This document shows, piece after piece, positions 8,405-17,409 of a stretch of 64,000 nt of DNA. Position numbers and translations under genes: made by a program. The notes under the pieces were generated by a model. That model saw only the letters and a program-made list of their open reading frames with translations, had not been told where the DNA came from and searched no databases. Source of the stretch: an uncultured Chitinophagales bacterium (GTDB lineage: Bacteria > Bacteroidota > Bacteroidia > Chitinophagales > S012-47); NCBI GenBank assembly GCA_964422925.1, contig CAYRDC010000015.1:675-64674 (forward strand), given 5' to 3'. Each line of letters starts with the position of its first letter. Position 1 is the stretch's first letter.

Positions 8405-8761
8405 GTTGCACTGCTGCAACTTAAAACCGAGGAGATGGTAATACTGGTAATCCTCTAGGTATGTGGGTGAGGCTTTATCCAAGCTCTTTAATGCCTGCAG
8501 GCAGTAACTCCTGGCAAGACGGTATTGCCCGTTTTCTTCCTTGATCTGGGCCAGGAATCCATAGATATCCGGTAACAGGTTGCTTGATTCCAGACGTGCC
8601 TGACGCAAAGCCAGCCGGGCGGTCTGCTGGGCATGTAATTTCAGACCGGCATTGTACAGCCGGATGGCTTCTGAAAAAAAATATTGACTGGTTGCTGATG
8701 GTTCCCGGGAGTGTATTACCTTCAGTACCGGGGCTTCCAATTGTTTTGCTGCGTTCATCAT
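8402..8761 (-). CDS. Hypothetical TPR-like helical protein downstream of the WYL regulator
   Basis: 119 aa; helix pairs EAIRLYNAG...ARLAL and IYGFLAQIKEENGQYRLARSYCLQAL; has its own -7 box. Confidence 0.65.
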   Translation of the reverse strand: MMNAAKQLEAPVLKVIHSREPSATSQYFFSEAIRLYNAGLKLHAQQTARLALRQARLESSNLLPDIYGFLAQIKEENGQYRLARSYCLQALKSLDKASPTYLEDYQYYHLLGFKLQQCN

Positions 8762-8778
8762 GTTATAACTTTTGAACC

Positions 8779-8812
8779 CAAAGCTATAGGGGAAGAACGC
8801 AGCCTATTTGCG
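8779..8812 (-). promoter_or_regulatory. -7 box TAGCTTTG (8779-8786) plus inverted repeat CGCA-N7-TGCG (8798-8812), candidate WYL binding site
   Basis: Both motifs read directly in the 93-bp gap between the WYL gene and the TPR-like gene. Confidence 0.5.
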
Positions 8813-8854
8813 GTCAGGATTTTTTTTGGAAGGTCATCTAAAAGATATGCCGCA

Positions 8855-9865
8855 TTAAAGGTCTTTGTACCTGGTTAATGTCTTTTCCAAAGTTTTCCGG
8901 ATCTCCCTGGCAAACCAGTCAGGCGATTCTACCTTTACCGAAGGGCCGTAACCGAGTATTAGCATTCTGAGCTCCACGGTGGGATATACCCTGATTGTAA
9001 CCTTGAATACTTCCTGATTGTCTTCCAGTATTTCCTGGGTGTGGTGTAAAGGCTGGGTTTTCAGGTATTCGCCCTGGATGGGCGTGAAGCTCAGGACAAT
9101 ATCCACCGGGTCTCCGTCATAGGTGGTGATTCCAATAGCGTAGCGGAAGTATTCTTCCGGTTCAAAGCCTGCGTGGCTGCGCCATGGTATCTCCGCTTCT
9201 TCCAGCAAGCTGATGCGGTCTAACCCGTAGGTGAGTATGACCTCGCGTCTGTCGTGCATGCCAACCAGGTACCACCGGTTGCGGTATTCTTTCAGAAGGT
9301 ATGGGTGCACGGTATGCAGTTTGGGAATGTCCCGGTCGAAACGTTTGTACTGAAACTGTACGGTTTTTCGCTGTTGTATGGCTTCCAGCAAGGGTCCGAT
9401 CCATTCGCGCCCTTTCTGGTAGGGCACCTGTTCGAACCGGATCACGGGTTCGCTGCCTTCTTCCAGCACCCGGCTCAGGTTCACGGCCTCCATGATTTTG
9501 TCCACCGCGTTGCTGTATTGCCTGAAAATGGTAATGTCCCGGAACTGTTCGAGCACCGCGGCCGCAAACCAGATCGATTTTATATCGTGTTCATTCAGGG
9601 GAATGGAAGCGATGGTGTAGTTAGGGTCTTCATAGTAGTACCCGTCATGCGCTTTGCTGTACCGGATAGGTGCCAGGTATCCCAGGGCGTTGTCTTCCCG
9701 CATGGCTTTGATGTCCTTTTGAATGGTGGACACCGAGAATTCTTTGCCCAGTTTTTCTTCCATTACCTCGCGCAAACGTTCCATGGACGGATAGGGGTGG
9801 TATTTGTTGCGCAGGCAACTGTCAATGATCCGGTACCGGATCAAGGCTTCCTTGTTTTTGGGCAT
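8855..9865 (-). CDS. WYL-domain transcriptional regulator (wHTH-WYL-WCX)
   Basis: N-terminal HTH (SVSTIQKDIKAMR), PYLLKEYRNRWYLVG, YGLDRISLL, C-terminal LRMLILGYGPSVKVESP. Confidence 0.92.
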   Translation of the reverse strand: MPKNKEALIRYRIIDSCLRNKYHPYPSMERLREVMEEKLGKEFSVSTIQKDIKAMREDNALGYLAPIRYSKAHDGYYYEDPNYTIASIPLNEHDIKSIWFAAAVLEQFRDITIFRQYSNAVDKIMEAVNLSRVLEEGSEPVIRFEQVPYQKGREWIGPLLEAIQQRKTVQFQYKRFDRDIPKLHTVHPYLLKEYRNRWYLVGMHDRREVILTYGLDRISLLEEAEIPWRSHAGFEPEEYFRYAIGITTYDGDPVDIVLSFTPIQGEYLKTQPLHHTQEILEDNQEVFKVTIRVYPTVELRMLILGYGPSVKVESPDWFAREIRKTLEKTLTRYKDL

Positions 9866-9979
9866 GGCTGTTTGTATGGTTTTGTGGCGGAATATATTCT
9901 CCGCTTATCTGCTTTAAGCGGCTTTAGGACATAAAGTTTTAATTTTGGCGTTAATTCTGAAAACGGAAAACAAACTTTT

Positions 9980-10657
9980 ATGAAAAAACTCATTATTTTT
10001 TGTTTCTGCCTCTTTTTTTCTGTTTCCCTGTGGAGCCAGATCAAGGGCAGCAGCGATCGCTATGTGATGGAAATTAACTGGAATTACTGGTTAAACGCTC
10101 CGCAGGATATACAGGTAAAACCTTTCAGCCGCGGTTTCAATACGTTTGTCATGTTTGATTTCCCGTTTAAGGAAAAATCGCATTTCAGCGTAGCCCTGGG
10201 ACCGGGGTTGAGTTCTGAGAATGTTTATCATAATGGCCGGTTTATAAATACTGACACCACCACCCAACTGGTACCTATCAACGACAGCATTAAATATAAG
10301 CGTAATAAGCTCAATACAAACTATCTGGAAGCGCCCTTGGAGTTTCGCTTTCGTACCAAGCCCCTGGTGAAAAGCTACCGGCTGAAAATTGCCGTTGGGT
10401 TGCGGGGCGGAATGCTTATTTCCAGCCATATCAAATTTATCGGACAGGGGACGGCTTTCGGACAGCCTGGGGATAATGTCAAAATCAAGGAATACAAGGT
10501 GCCCAACCTGGCTAAATACCGTTACGGGTTAACGGCCCGTGTGGGTTTTGGCCCTTTCAATTTTATCGGCTATTACGGTCTCAGTACCCTCTTTGACCAG
10601 GGGCTTGGGCCGGCCATTGTTCCTGTGTCCATTGGCTTTACTTTTAACATGCTATAG
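9980..10657 (+). CDS. Outer-membrane beta-barrel (porin-family) protein
   Basis: Signal peptide, alternating beta strands, YLEAPLEFRFR, YRYGLTARVGF. Confidence 0.8.
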   Translation: MKKLIIFCFCLFFSVSLWSQIKGSSDRYVMEINWNYWLNAPQDIQVKPFSRGFNTFVMFDFPFKEKSHFSVALGPGLSSENVYHNGRFINTDTTTQLVPINDSIKYKRNKLNTNYLEAPLEFRFRTKPLVKSYRLKIAVGLRGGMLISSHIKFIGQGTAFGQPGDNVKIKEYKVPNLAKYRYGLTARVGFGPFNFIGYYGLSTLFDQGLGPAIVPVSIGFTFNML

Positions 10658-10681
10658 AAAGCCGTATTTTTTTACTTGCAG

Positions 10682-10707
10682 GGAGGCTTTGCAGGCCTCC
10701 TTTTTTT
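10682..10707 (+). terminator. Rho-independent terminator
   Basis: GGAGGC-TTTGCAG-GCCTCC followed by T7. Confidence 0.55.
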
Positions 10708-10714
10708 GCATTCT

Positions 10715-11473
10715 ATGCAGGAGAAACCCAAAAATCAGAAACCCGGTATCCGGCTCAACAAGTTCCTCGCGCACGGGGGCGTAGCCTCCAGGCGCAAGGC
10801 CGATGAACTGATCCGGGCCGGGAAAGTGACCGTGAACGGCAAGACGGTGACCGAAATGGGTTACCTCGTGCAGCCGGGCGATCAGATTACCTGCAACGGG
10901 AAACCTGTCCGGGGCGAGCGCTTTGTGTATATTCTTATGAATAAACCTAAAGACTTTCTCTGTACCCGGTCTGATGAAAAAGGCCGCAAAACCGTAATTG
11001 ACCTGTTGCATGGTCGCATCCGCGAAAGGGTTTACCCCGTGGGGCGTCTAGACCGCAATACCACCGGCCTGCTTTTGCTGACCAATGACGGTGACCTGGC
11101 TCAGCGCCTTGCCCATCCTTCGGGCCGGGTTGAGAAACTCTACCATGTGCGCCTGGACCGTGATTTGGCTCCGGAAGACCTCGAAGCTATCCGGGCCGGG
11201 CTGGAACTGGAAGACGGCTTTATCCGGGTCGACCAGGTTGACTATGTGGCCGGTGCGCCACCCAACGAAGTGGGGGTCCGCCTCCACAGCGGGCGCAATC
11301 GCATCATAAGGCGTATTTTTGAACACCTGGGTTATCGCGTCAAAGCGCTTGACCGCGTGAAATATGCCGGCCTGACCAAAAAAGACCTGCCGCGGGGTAA
11401 ATGGCGCCTGCTGGCTTCCCGAGAAATCGGGTTCCTGAAACAACAGGCCGGGAATAAATCCAAGACCAAATGA
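10715..11473 (+). CDS. rluB: rRNA pseudouridine synthase with S4 domain (RluB/RsuA family)
   Basis: RLNKFLAHGGVASRRKAD S4 domain, VGRLDRNTTGLLLLTNDG, GRNRIIRR. Confidence 0.85.
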   Translation: MQEKPKNQKPGIRLNKFLAHGGVASRRKADELIRAGKVTVNGKTVTEMGYLVQPGDQITCNGKPVRGERFVYILMNKPKDFLCTRSDEKGRKTVIDLLHGRIRERVYPVGRLDRNTTGLLLLTNDGDLAQRLAHPSGRVEKLYHVRLDRDLAPEDLEAIRAGLELEDGFIRVDQVDYVAGAPPNEVGVRLHSGRNRIIRRIFEHLGYRVKALDRVKYAGLTKKDLPRGKWRLLASREIGFLKQQAGNKSKTK

Positions 11474-12708
11474 AAAGAGCAACTTTTTACCTGTCACTGC
11501 TGATACTCGCAGCTTGTCAATCCGGGAATAAGCATCCGCAACCGGGCCTCCTGCGAACCGGGTCTTGGCATGCCACACTCAACGCCCCGGGGGTAACCAT
11601 TCCTTTTGATGTGCGCGTGGAACAGGCGGACTCGGCCTTTGTGTTTCATATCCTCAACGCGGCAGAAGATATACCTGCTGAACAGGTCATCGTGGATTCC
11701 GATTCGGTGCACATTATCCTGCCGGTTTTTGATTCCCGCTGGAACCTGGCCCGCGTCAACGATTCCCTGCTCAGCGGTACCTGGCTCAAATACAGCCGGT
11801 ACAAGCCATACACTATGGATATCCGCCTCGAGGCGGGAGAAAAACCCCGTTTCCCGGTTTCGGACCCTGAACCCAGAGTTGACTTTTCAGGCGACTGGAG
11901 GACTGTTTTCAGCCCCGATAACATCGAAGATACTTACATGGCCCTGGGCCGGTTTTCCCAGGAGGACAGCCATATTACTGGCACTTTCCTCACTACCACG
12001 GGCGATTACCGTTTCCTCGAAGGTACCGTGCAGGGCGACAGTCTCTTTTTAAGTTGCTTTGACGGCTCCCATGCCTTCCTCTTCAAAGCCAGGCTTCAAA
12101 ACGATACCATCTACGGCCGTTTCTGGTCCGGCAAGCACTGGGAGGAACCCTGGATTGCCTGGAAGGAACCCGGCTACCGGCTTCCGGATCCGGATTCCCT
12201 CACTTTCCTGAAACCCGGCTACGACCATATCGACTTTACCCTTCCCGACCTGGACAGCAACCTCGTGAGCCTTCACGATGAAGCTTTCCGCGATAAGGTG
12301 ATTGTCCTGCAGATCATGGGCACCTGGTGCCCCAACTGCATGGATGAAACTGCCTTTATGTCGGAGTATTACAACGCCCATCCCTCCGATGACCTGGTAT
12401 TCATCGGTCTGGCGTTTGAGCGCACCAATACTTTTTCGCAGGCGGTGGATAATGTCAGACGGCTCATTCAGCGCTTTGATATCCGATATCCCATTTTGCT
12501 GGCCGGCTTTCCCTCCCGCGACCGGATCAATGAAGTGCTACCCATGATCGATCATTTCATGAGCTATCCCACTTCCATCTTTATCGACCGGGAAGGCCGC
12601 GTCAGGCGTATCCATACGGGATTTGCCGGCCCCGCCACGGGCAATGACTTCGAAATCTTTAAAAAGGAATTTGACGAGCTGATCCGTGAAATGCTCGGAA
12701 CATCCTGA
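11470..12708 (+). CDS. TlpA/redoxin-family disulfide reductase lipoprotein
   Basis: Lipobox LAAC, C-terminal MGTWCPNC, YPTSIFIDREG. Confidence 0.85.
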   Translation: MKRATFYLSLLILAACQSGNKHPQPGLLRTGSWHATLNAPGVTIPFDVRVEQADSAFVFHILNAAEDIPAEQVIVDSDSVHIILPVFDSRWNLARVNDSLLSGTWLKYSRYKPYTMDIRLEAGEKPRFPVSDPEPRVDFSGDWRTVFSPDNIEDTYMALGRFSQEDSHITGTFLTTTGDYRFLEGTVQGDSLFLSCFDGSHAFLFKARLQNDTIYGRFWSGKHWEEPWIAWKEPGYRLPDPDSLTFLKPGYDHIDFTLPDLDSNLVSLHDEAFRDKVIVLQIMGTWCPNCMDETAFMSEYYNAHPSDDLVFIGLAFERTNTFSQAVDNVRRLIQRFDIRYPILLAGFPSRDRINEVLPMIDHFMSYPTSIFIDREGRVRRIHTGFAGPATGNDFEIFKKEFDELIREMLGTS

Positions 12709-12737
12709 GCCTGAAGGGAGATTTTGCAGAAACTTTT

Positions 12738-13346
12738 TTAGAGTATTTTCACCATGCGGTAAAAACGGAAATCCCGGCCACCTGCTCTGGCATGGGTTTC
12801 CCTGATAACTGAGAAACCCAGATTTTCATACAGCTTTTTTGCCCGGTGGTTATGGGTCTCCACGTCCAGTACCAGTTTCGGGATACCCGATTTCCGGGCT
12901 TGCTCTCCGGCATCTTCCAGTAACCTCCGGCCCAATCCTTTCCCGCGGTATGCGGGGTATACCGCCACATTGCTAATGTAGAATTCATCCGGTTCCAGGC
13001 GGCCGATGGCCCGGTTCAATGCCAGGAATCCCGGCAGGAGGCGAAAGAGCCTGCCACCGTTGTACCGGAACATCAGCCACCCGGTGCGTGGGTCTTGCCT
13101 GTGCTTGGTCCGGTACCCGTAGCCCAGCAGCATGCCGGCCACCTTCCCGTTGGTTTCCGCAACCCTGACAAGCTCATAACTGAACAGGTTCCGTTTCAGC
13201 CTGTACAGGGTTTCGAGCTTATTGTAAAGCCCGGACCCGAACAAAACCCTGAAAAGCTCCGGAGCGCTTTCCACCATCAGCCGGGCAAAATCCACCCCTT
13301 GCCTCCTGGTGGAATTCCTGATCGCTATGCTTTCTGCCAGGTCCAT
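12738..13346 (-). CDS. GNAT-family N-acetyltransferase
   Basis: YISNVAVYPAYRGKGLGRRLL, NHRAKKLYENLGF. Confidence 0.9.
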   Translation of the reverse strand: MDLAESIAIRNSTRRQGVDFARLMVESAPELFRVLFGSGLYNKLETLYRLKRNLFSYELVRVAETNGKVAGMLLGYGYRTKHRQDPRTGWLMFRYNGGRLFRLLPGFLALNRAIGRLEPDEFYISNVAVYPAYRGKGLGRRLLEDAGEQARKSGIPKLVLDVETHNHRAKKLYENLGFSVIRETHARAGGRDFRFYRMVKIL

Positions 13347-13420
13347 ACTATCAGGAAATTTGAGAGAGACTAATAAAAATAAAGTTACAGCCCGTCCCGG
13401 TTTGTTTTACTATCAGTTAC

Positions 13421-13448
13421 AAAAAAACCCAGCCTTTGGTCGGGTTTT
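13421..13448 (-). terminator. Rho-independent terminator of the C1 peptidase gene
   Basis: Minus strand CCCGACC-AAA-GGCTGGG (one mismatch) then T7. Confidence 0.6.
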
Positions 13449-13466
13449 CTTCCTGTTTCGTGGTTT

Positions 13467-14696
13467 TCAGGAATCGTTGAAGCGTTTCAAAATATCTTTC
13501 ACCGCGTCCTTATGTACGGTGAAAGTCATCATTTTCAGCTTCACATAATCCTCATGATAAAAATACCATCCCTTATTGTTGCCGTTGCGGGCTCCGCTGC
13601 CCGAGTCTTTGACCAGGAACCACCAGCCGTTGGGCTTGATGGTATAACCCACAATGTGGATGGCATGGTCGTCCGTAGTGCTGTGATTGGTGAAGCGGAA
13701 CTGCCGGGCGTATTCGTCAATATACTCGCTGGGGATATCGTAGGTGGGCACCATGGCTACATCGTTTTCCGGGCTGTACCCGCTTTCTGAGACATCCCCG
13801 CCAATGGCCACGGTGTAGCCGTTTTTCACGGCTTCCTTGATGGCGTCCATAAACACATCCAGCGGCACGTTGTGGTAATCCTTGCTGTGCCACCAATTGT
13901 CCGGCACCTTGTACTCGGCCAGGGTCCAGTAGGGTGCTTCCATCAGCGACATGAAATTCACGTAATCGTCCGGGTTGTAATGCGCCACTTCCTTCATCCA
14001 TTCCAGCGGGGTGTATTCCTTTCCTTTCCAGGTGAACTTTTCAGGCGGTGTGCCGATGTAATGGTCCAGTATGGCACGGATGGTCCGGATCACCGACTCT
14101 TCATCCCAGGCATTGGTGGCTTTTACATGATCCAGATAGCCTTTCATTTCCCGGAACATGGGCGCGTGGTTATAAAACTCCTGGTTGTCCGGTTTACCCG
14201 GGAAAACTTCATATGGTACAATGCCGTGCAACCGGATCATCCGGGCCGGGGCGTTCGTTTCCGAGCCTTCCCCGAAAAACGACTCCCCGCGGGTGCGCAC
14301 AAATTCGCGGGCTTTTTCCACGTATTCCCAGTACACCGTGTACATCTGGGACAGCTTTAGCGCCTGGCCCGTTTGCCGGTAAATTTCTGATTCGTAAAAG
14401 GAAGTCGTGGCAAAGCACCAGCACGTGCCTGTGTTCCCTTGTGAAACCGGCTCGTTACACCAGCTTTTCGTGAATTCATCCACGCTTTTGGGAATGTCGA
14501 TTCCCGTAAAGTCCATCCGGAAAACCCTGTGCATTGCGTGCGCCTGGGATTCACGGGCTATGCTTTGCCGGATTTTGCTGTAAAACTCATTGTGGTACTC
14601 TACAAAAGCCCCTTTGTCGTGGCGTGGCGCCTGCCCCTGAGCCAGCAGTGGGATCAGCAGCAGGGCGACCGGTAAAAACCGTTTAGCTCCTTTCAT
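13467..14696 (-). CDS. Peptidase family C1 (aminopeptidase C / bleomycin hydrolase-like), exported
   Basis: QGNTGTCWCFAT, TDDHAIHIVG, LVKDSG; signal peptide. Confidence 0.88.
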   Translation of the reverse strand: MKGAKRFLPVALLLIPLLAQGQAPRHDKGAFVEYHNEFYSKIRQSIARESQAHAMHRVFRMDFTGIDIPKSVDEFTKSWCNEPVSQGNTGTCWCFATTSFYESEIYRQTGQALKLSQMYTVYWEYVEKAREFVRTRGESFFGEGSETNAPARMIRLHGIVPYEVFPGKPDNQEFYNHAPMFREMKGYLDHVKATNAWDEESVIRTIRAILDHYIGTPPEKFTWKGKEYTPLEWMKEVAHYNPDDYVNFMSLMEAPYWTLAEYKVPDNWWHSKDYHNVPLDVFMDAIKEAVKNGYTVAIGGDVSESGYSPENDVAMVPTYDIPSEYIDEYARQFRFTNHSTTDDHAIHIVGYTIKPNGWWFLVKDSGSGARNGNNKGWYFYHEDYVKLKMMTFTVHKDAVKDILKRFNDS

Positions 14697-14745
14697 GATC
14701 CTTGTTTTTTGTGTATGGTAAAGCTAAAAAAAATCAAAGTTGAAC

Positions 14746-16839
14746 TTACATCAGAGCCCGTACCAGGTGAAAGGCTCCCGTACTCACCAGGTAGGCAATG
14801 CCCGTCATAAACACCAGTTGCAGCAGCGGCCATTTCCAGGATCTGGTTTCCCTGTGCACAATGGCCAGGGTGCTCATGCATTGCATGGCCAGGGCAAAAA
14901 ACAACAGCAGGGAAATCCCGGTGGCCAGCGTATACACGGGCTCGCCCGTTTCGGGGTCCCGGTCGTTCAGCATGGCTTCCCGGACCGACTGGTGATTACT
15001 GCTCTCGCTTTCCACCCCATAGATGGTCGCCATGGTGCCGACAAACACCTCCCTGGCGGCAAAACTCGTAAGCAGGGCAATTCCCATCTTCCAGTCGAAC
15101 CCCATTGGGCGTATCACCGGCTCTATCATCCGCCCAAACTTACCGGCAAAGCTGTTCAGCAACTCCTGGCTGGCTCCGTGCATCGATTCAGCCTGCTCTG
15201 TCTTCGCCTGGCTTTTTTTCCCCAGGCCTATGTCCTCCGGTCCGTAGGAAGCCAGGAACCAAAGGACCATGGAAATAATGAGAATGATTTTTCCGGCCTG
15301 CAGAGTGAATACCTTCGCCTTTTCATACATCGCTTGCAGTACATTGCGCCAGCGGGGGGCCCGGTACAAAGGCAGCTCCATGGCAAAAAAACCTTCATTG
15401 TCTCCTTTCACTGTCTGGTTCAGGATGGCCGCCACTCCAAATGCCATCAGCATTCCAAACAGGTATAAACTCATGAGCACCACGCCCTGCACGTTTACAA
15501 TATGCAGGAACATCATGTTCGGGATGAACATCGCTATCACCAGGGTATAAACCGGTATCCGGGCCGAACACGATATAAAAGGCGTGACCAGGATGGTAAT
15601 AAGCCGGTCTTTGGGATTGTCAATGCTCCGGGTTGACATAATAGCCGGTATGGCGCAGGCCATTCCGCTGATCAGGGGAATGACTGATTTGCCGTTTAAC
15701 CCCACCATGCGCATCAGGCGGTCTGTCAGGTAGCTTACCCGCGCCATATACCCGCTGTCTTCCAATATGCTCAGCAAGCCGAATAATATGGCGATTTGCG
15801 GAATAAAGATAATTACTCCGCTGATGCCCGCCATCACCCCGTTAATCAGTAGGTCAGAAAGCCAGCCCTCCGGTATAATGTTCCATAACCACCCGCTTAA
15901 AGCGGCTGTTCCCTGTTCTACCAAATGCATTGGGTAATCAGCCAGCAGGAAGATAAACTGGAAAATGGTGAACAAAATCATTCCCAGGAAGAAATATCCC
16001 CAGATGCGGTGGGTCAGCACCCGGTCAATCCTTTCCGTTAGCTGATTTCCGGGATTTTCGGGCACTTTGACCGTTCGTTCAAATATTTCCTGGATCTTCC
16101 GGTACCGCTCCATGGTTTCTTTGGCCTGGAAAGCAGCCAGGCTGAAAGATGGCCCCCGGATCATCTTGCGCAGGGGTAGAGAGCGTTCATCCTGCAGGTA
16201 AGGCACCCGTTCCGGAAAGACAAGATGATGCAGGACCTTGTAGTTGCTTATGCCAGGGTAGGCTTTGGCTGCAGCATCTGAAAATTCAGGAATCAATAAG
16301 TCAAGGTTTAGTAAATGCGCTTTGGCCGGATGCAAAGGCCCGGCCAGTATTTGCTTCAGTTCTTCCAGGCCACGACCTTTGCGGGCATTGGTGGGGACTA
16401 CCGGAATGCCAAGTGCTTTGGACAGCTTTTCATGATCGATCCGGATACCGTCTTTCTCCACGATATCCATCATATTCAGCGCGATGACAACCGGCAATCC
16501 AAGGTCAATAATCTGCGAACAAAGTAACAGGTTTCGCTTGAGGTTACTGCTGTCCACTACAATCAAGACAGCGTCCGGATGGTCTGACCGGGTTTCATCC
16601 AGCAGGATCTTGTAAACAATTTCTTCATCCCGGGATTTGGGATAAATGCTGTAAGTGCCCGGGAGGTCTATGATTTCAAGCACTTTGCCTTCAGGCAGTT
16701 TGGCTTTCCCGGTTTTTATATCGACAGTAACGCCCGGGTAATTACTGATTTTTTGGTTCAGGCCGGTTAACCCGTTGAATACGGTAGATTTCCCGCTGTT
16801 GGGATTGCCGACCAGGGCTATTTTGGAAAAGCTGTTCAA
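14746..16839 (-). CDS. feoB: Ferrous iron transporter B
   Basis: GNPNSGKS, NYPGVTV, DLPGTYS, gate motifs ISCSARIPVY and EVFVGTMATIY. Confidence 0.97.
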   Translation of the reverse strand: MNSFSKIALVGNPNSGKSTVFNGLTGLNQKISNYPGVTVDIKTGKAKLPEGKVLEIIDLPGTYSIYPKSRDEEIVYKILLDETRSDHPDAVLIVVDSSNLKRNLLLCSQIIDLGLPVVIALNMMDIVEKDGIRIDHEKLSKALGIPVVPTNARKGRGLEELKQILAGPLHPAKAHLLNLDLLIPEFSDAAAKAYPGISNYKVLHHLVFPERVPYLQDERSLPLRKMIRGPSFSLAAFQAKETMERYRKIQEIFERTVKVPENPGNQLTERIDRVLTHRIWGYFFLGMILFTIFQFIFLLADYPMHLVEQGTAALSGWLWNIIPEGWLSDLLINGVMAGISGVIIFIPQIAILFGLLSILEDSGYMARVSYLTDRLMRMVGLNGKSVIPLISGMACAIPAIMSTRSIDNPKDRLITILVTPFISCSARIPVYTLVIAMFIPNMMFLHIVNVQGVVLMSLYLFGMLMAFGVAAILNQTVKGDNEGFFAMELPLYRAPRWRNVLQAMYEKAKVFTLQAGKIILIISMVLWFLASYGPEDIGLGKKSQAKTEQAESMHGASQELLNSFAGKFGRMIEPVIRPMGFDWKMGIALLTSFAAREVFVGTMATIYGVESESSNHQSVREAMLNDRDPETGEPVYTLATGISLLLFFALAMQCMSTLAIVHRETRSWKWPLLQLVFMTGIAYLVSTGAFHLVRALM

Positions 16840-17123
16840 TCTGCGTTGCCTTCCTTTTCTTCCAGGTAAATCAACGAAGCCTCTTTCTTGCGAAGGCTGA
16901 GCGTGTATCCTGCTATCCGTATGGCCATGGGATCGCCCAGCGGGGCAATGCGCAGCACCATAACTTCTTCTCCCGGTATGCAGCCCATTTCCATCAGTTT
17001 CAGGCTTGCCTTGTGATCGACAAATCCTTTGATCCGGGCTTTCTCTCCGGGTTTTAATGAAGCCAGCGTTCGCATCAGGCTTTGCTTTTGCTGTAAAAGG
17101 GACGCCAAAGTAGGATTTTTCAC
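16836..17123 (-). CDS. feoA: Ferrous iron transport protein A
   Basis: LMEMGCIPGEEV, APLGDPMAI, LSLRKKEA; overlaps the feoB start. Confidence 0.95.
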   Translation of the reverse strand: MKNPTLASLLQQKQSLMRTLASLKPGEKARIKGFVDHKASLKLMEMGCIPGEEVMVLRIAPLGDPMAIRIAGYTLSLRKKEASLIYLEEKEGNAD

Positions 17124-17162
17124 GCTGATTTGAAAAGTATTATCTGAATTTTGACAACATCC

Positions 17163-17345
17163 TCATTCCTCGTCCTTTCCGCGGTTGTAGCCGGAATGCC
17201 GGATAGTCGCGTAGTCTTCCGGGGCCGTTTGGCTCATTCGGGCTTTCCGGTTATTAAAACGCGGGCAATCGCAGTCTTTTTTAAAGACGCGGCAGCCTGC
17301 CATCATCAGGGAAAAAAGCGCAACAAGAATGAAAACTCTTTTCAT
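17163..17345 (-). CDS. Small lipoprotein with a CDCP motif
   Basis: 60 aa; MKRVFILVALFSLMMAG-C lipobox; KKDCDCP. Confidence 0.65.
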   Translation of the reverse strand: MKRVFILVALFSLMMAGCRVFKKDCDCPRFNNRKARMSQTAPEDYATIRHSGYNRGKDEE

Positions 17346-17409
17346 GGGTATGTAGCAAATTACCGCTTTTGTTGCATAAACGTTCCCAATACCCTTCTAT
17401 TTTAGCATC

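Noticed and set aside
5841-8411. Long antisense ORFs (431 aa, 399 aa) and similar ones opposite sqr, hisS, carB and GT2
   Set aside because: Shadow frames of well-supported genes with no family motifs.
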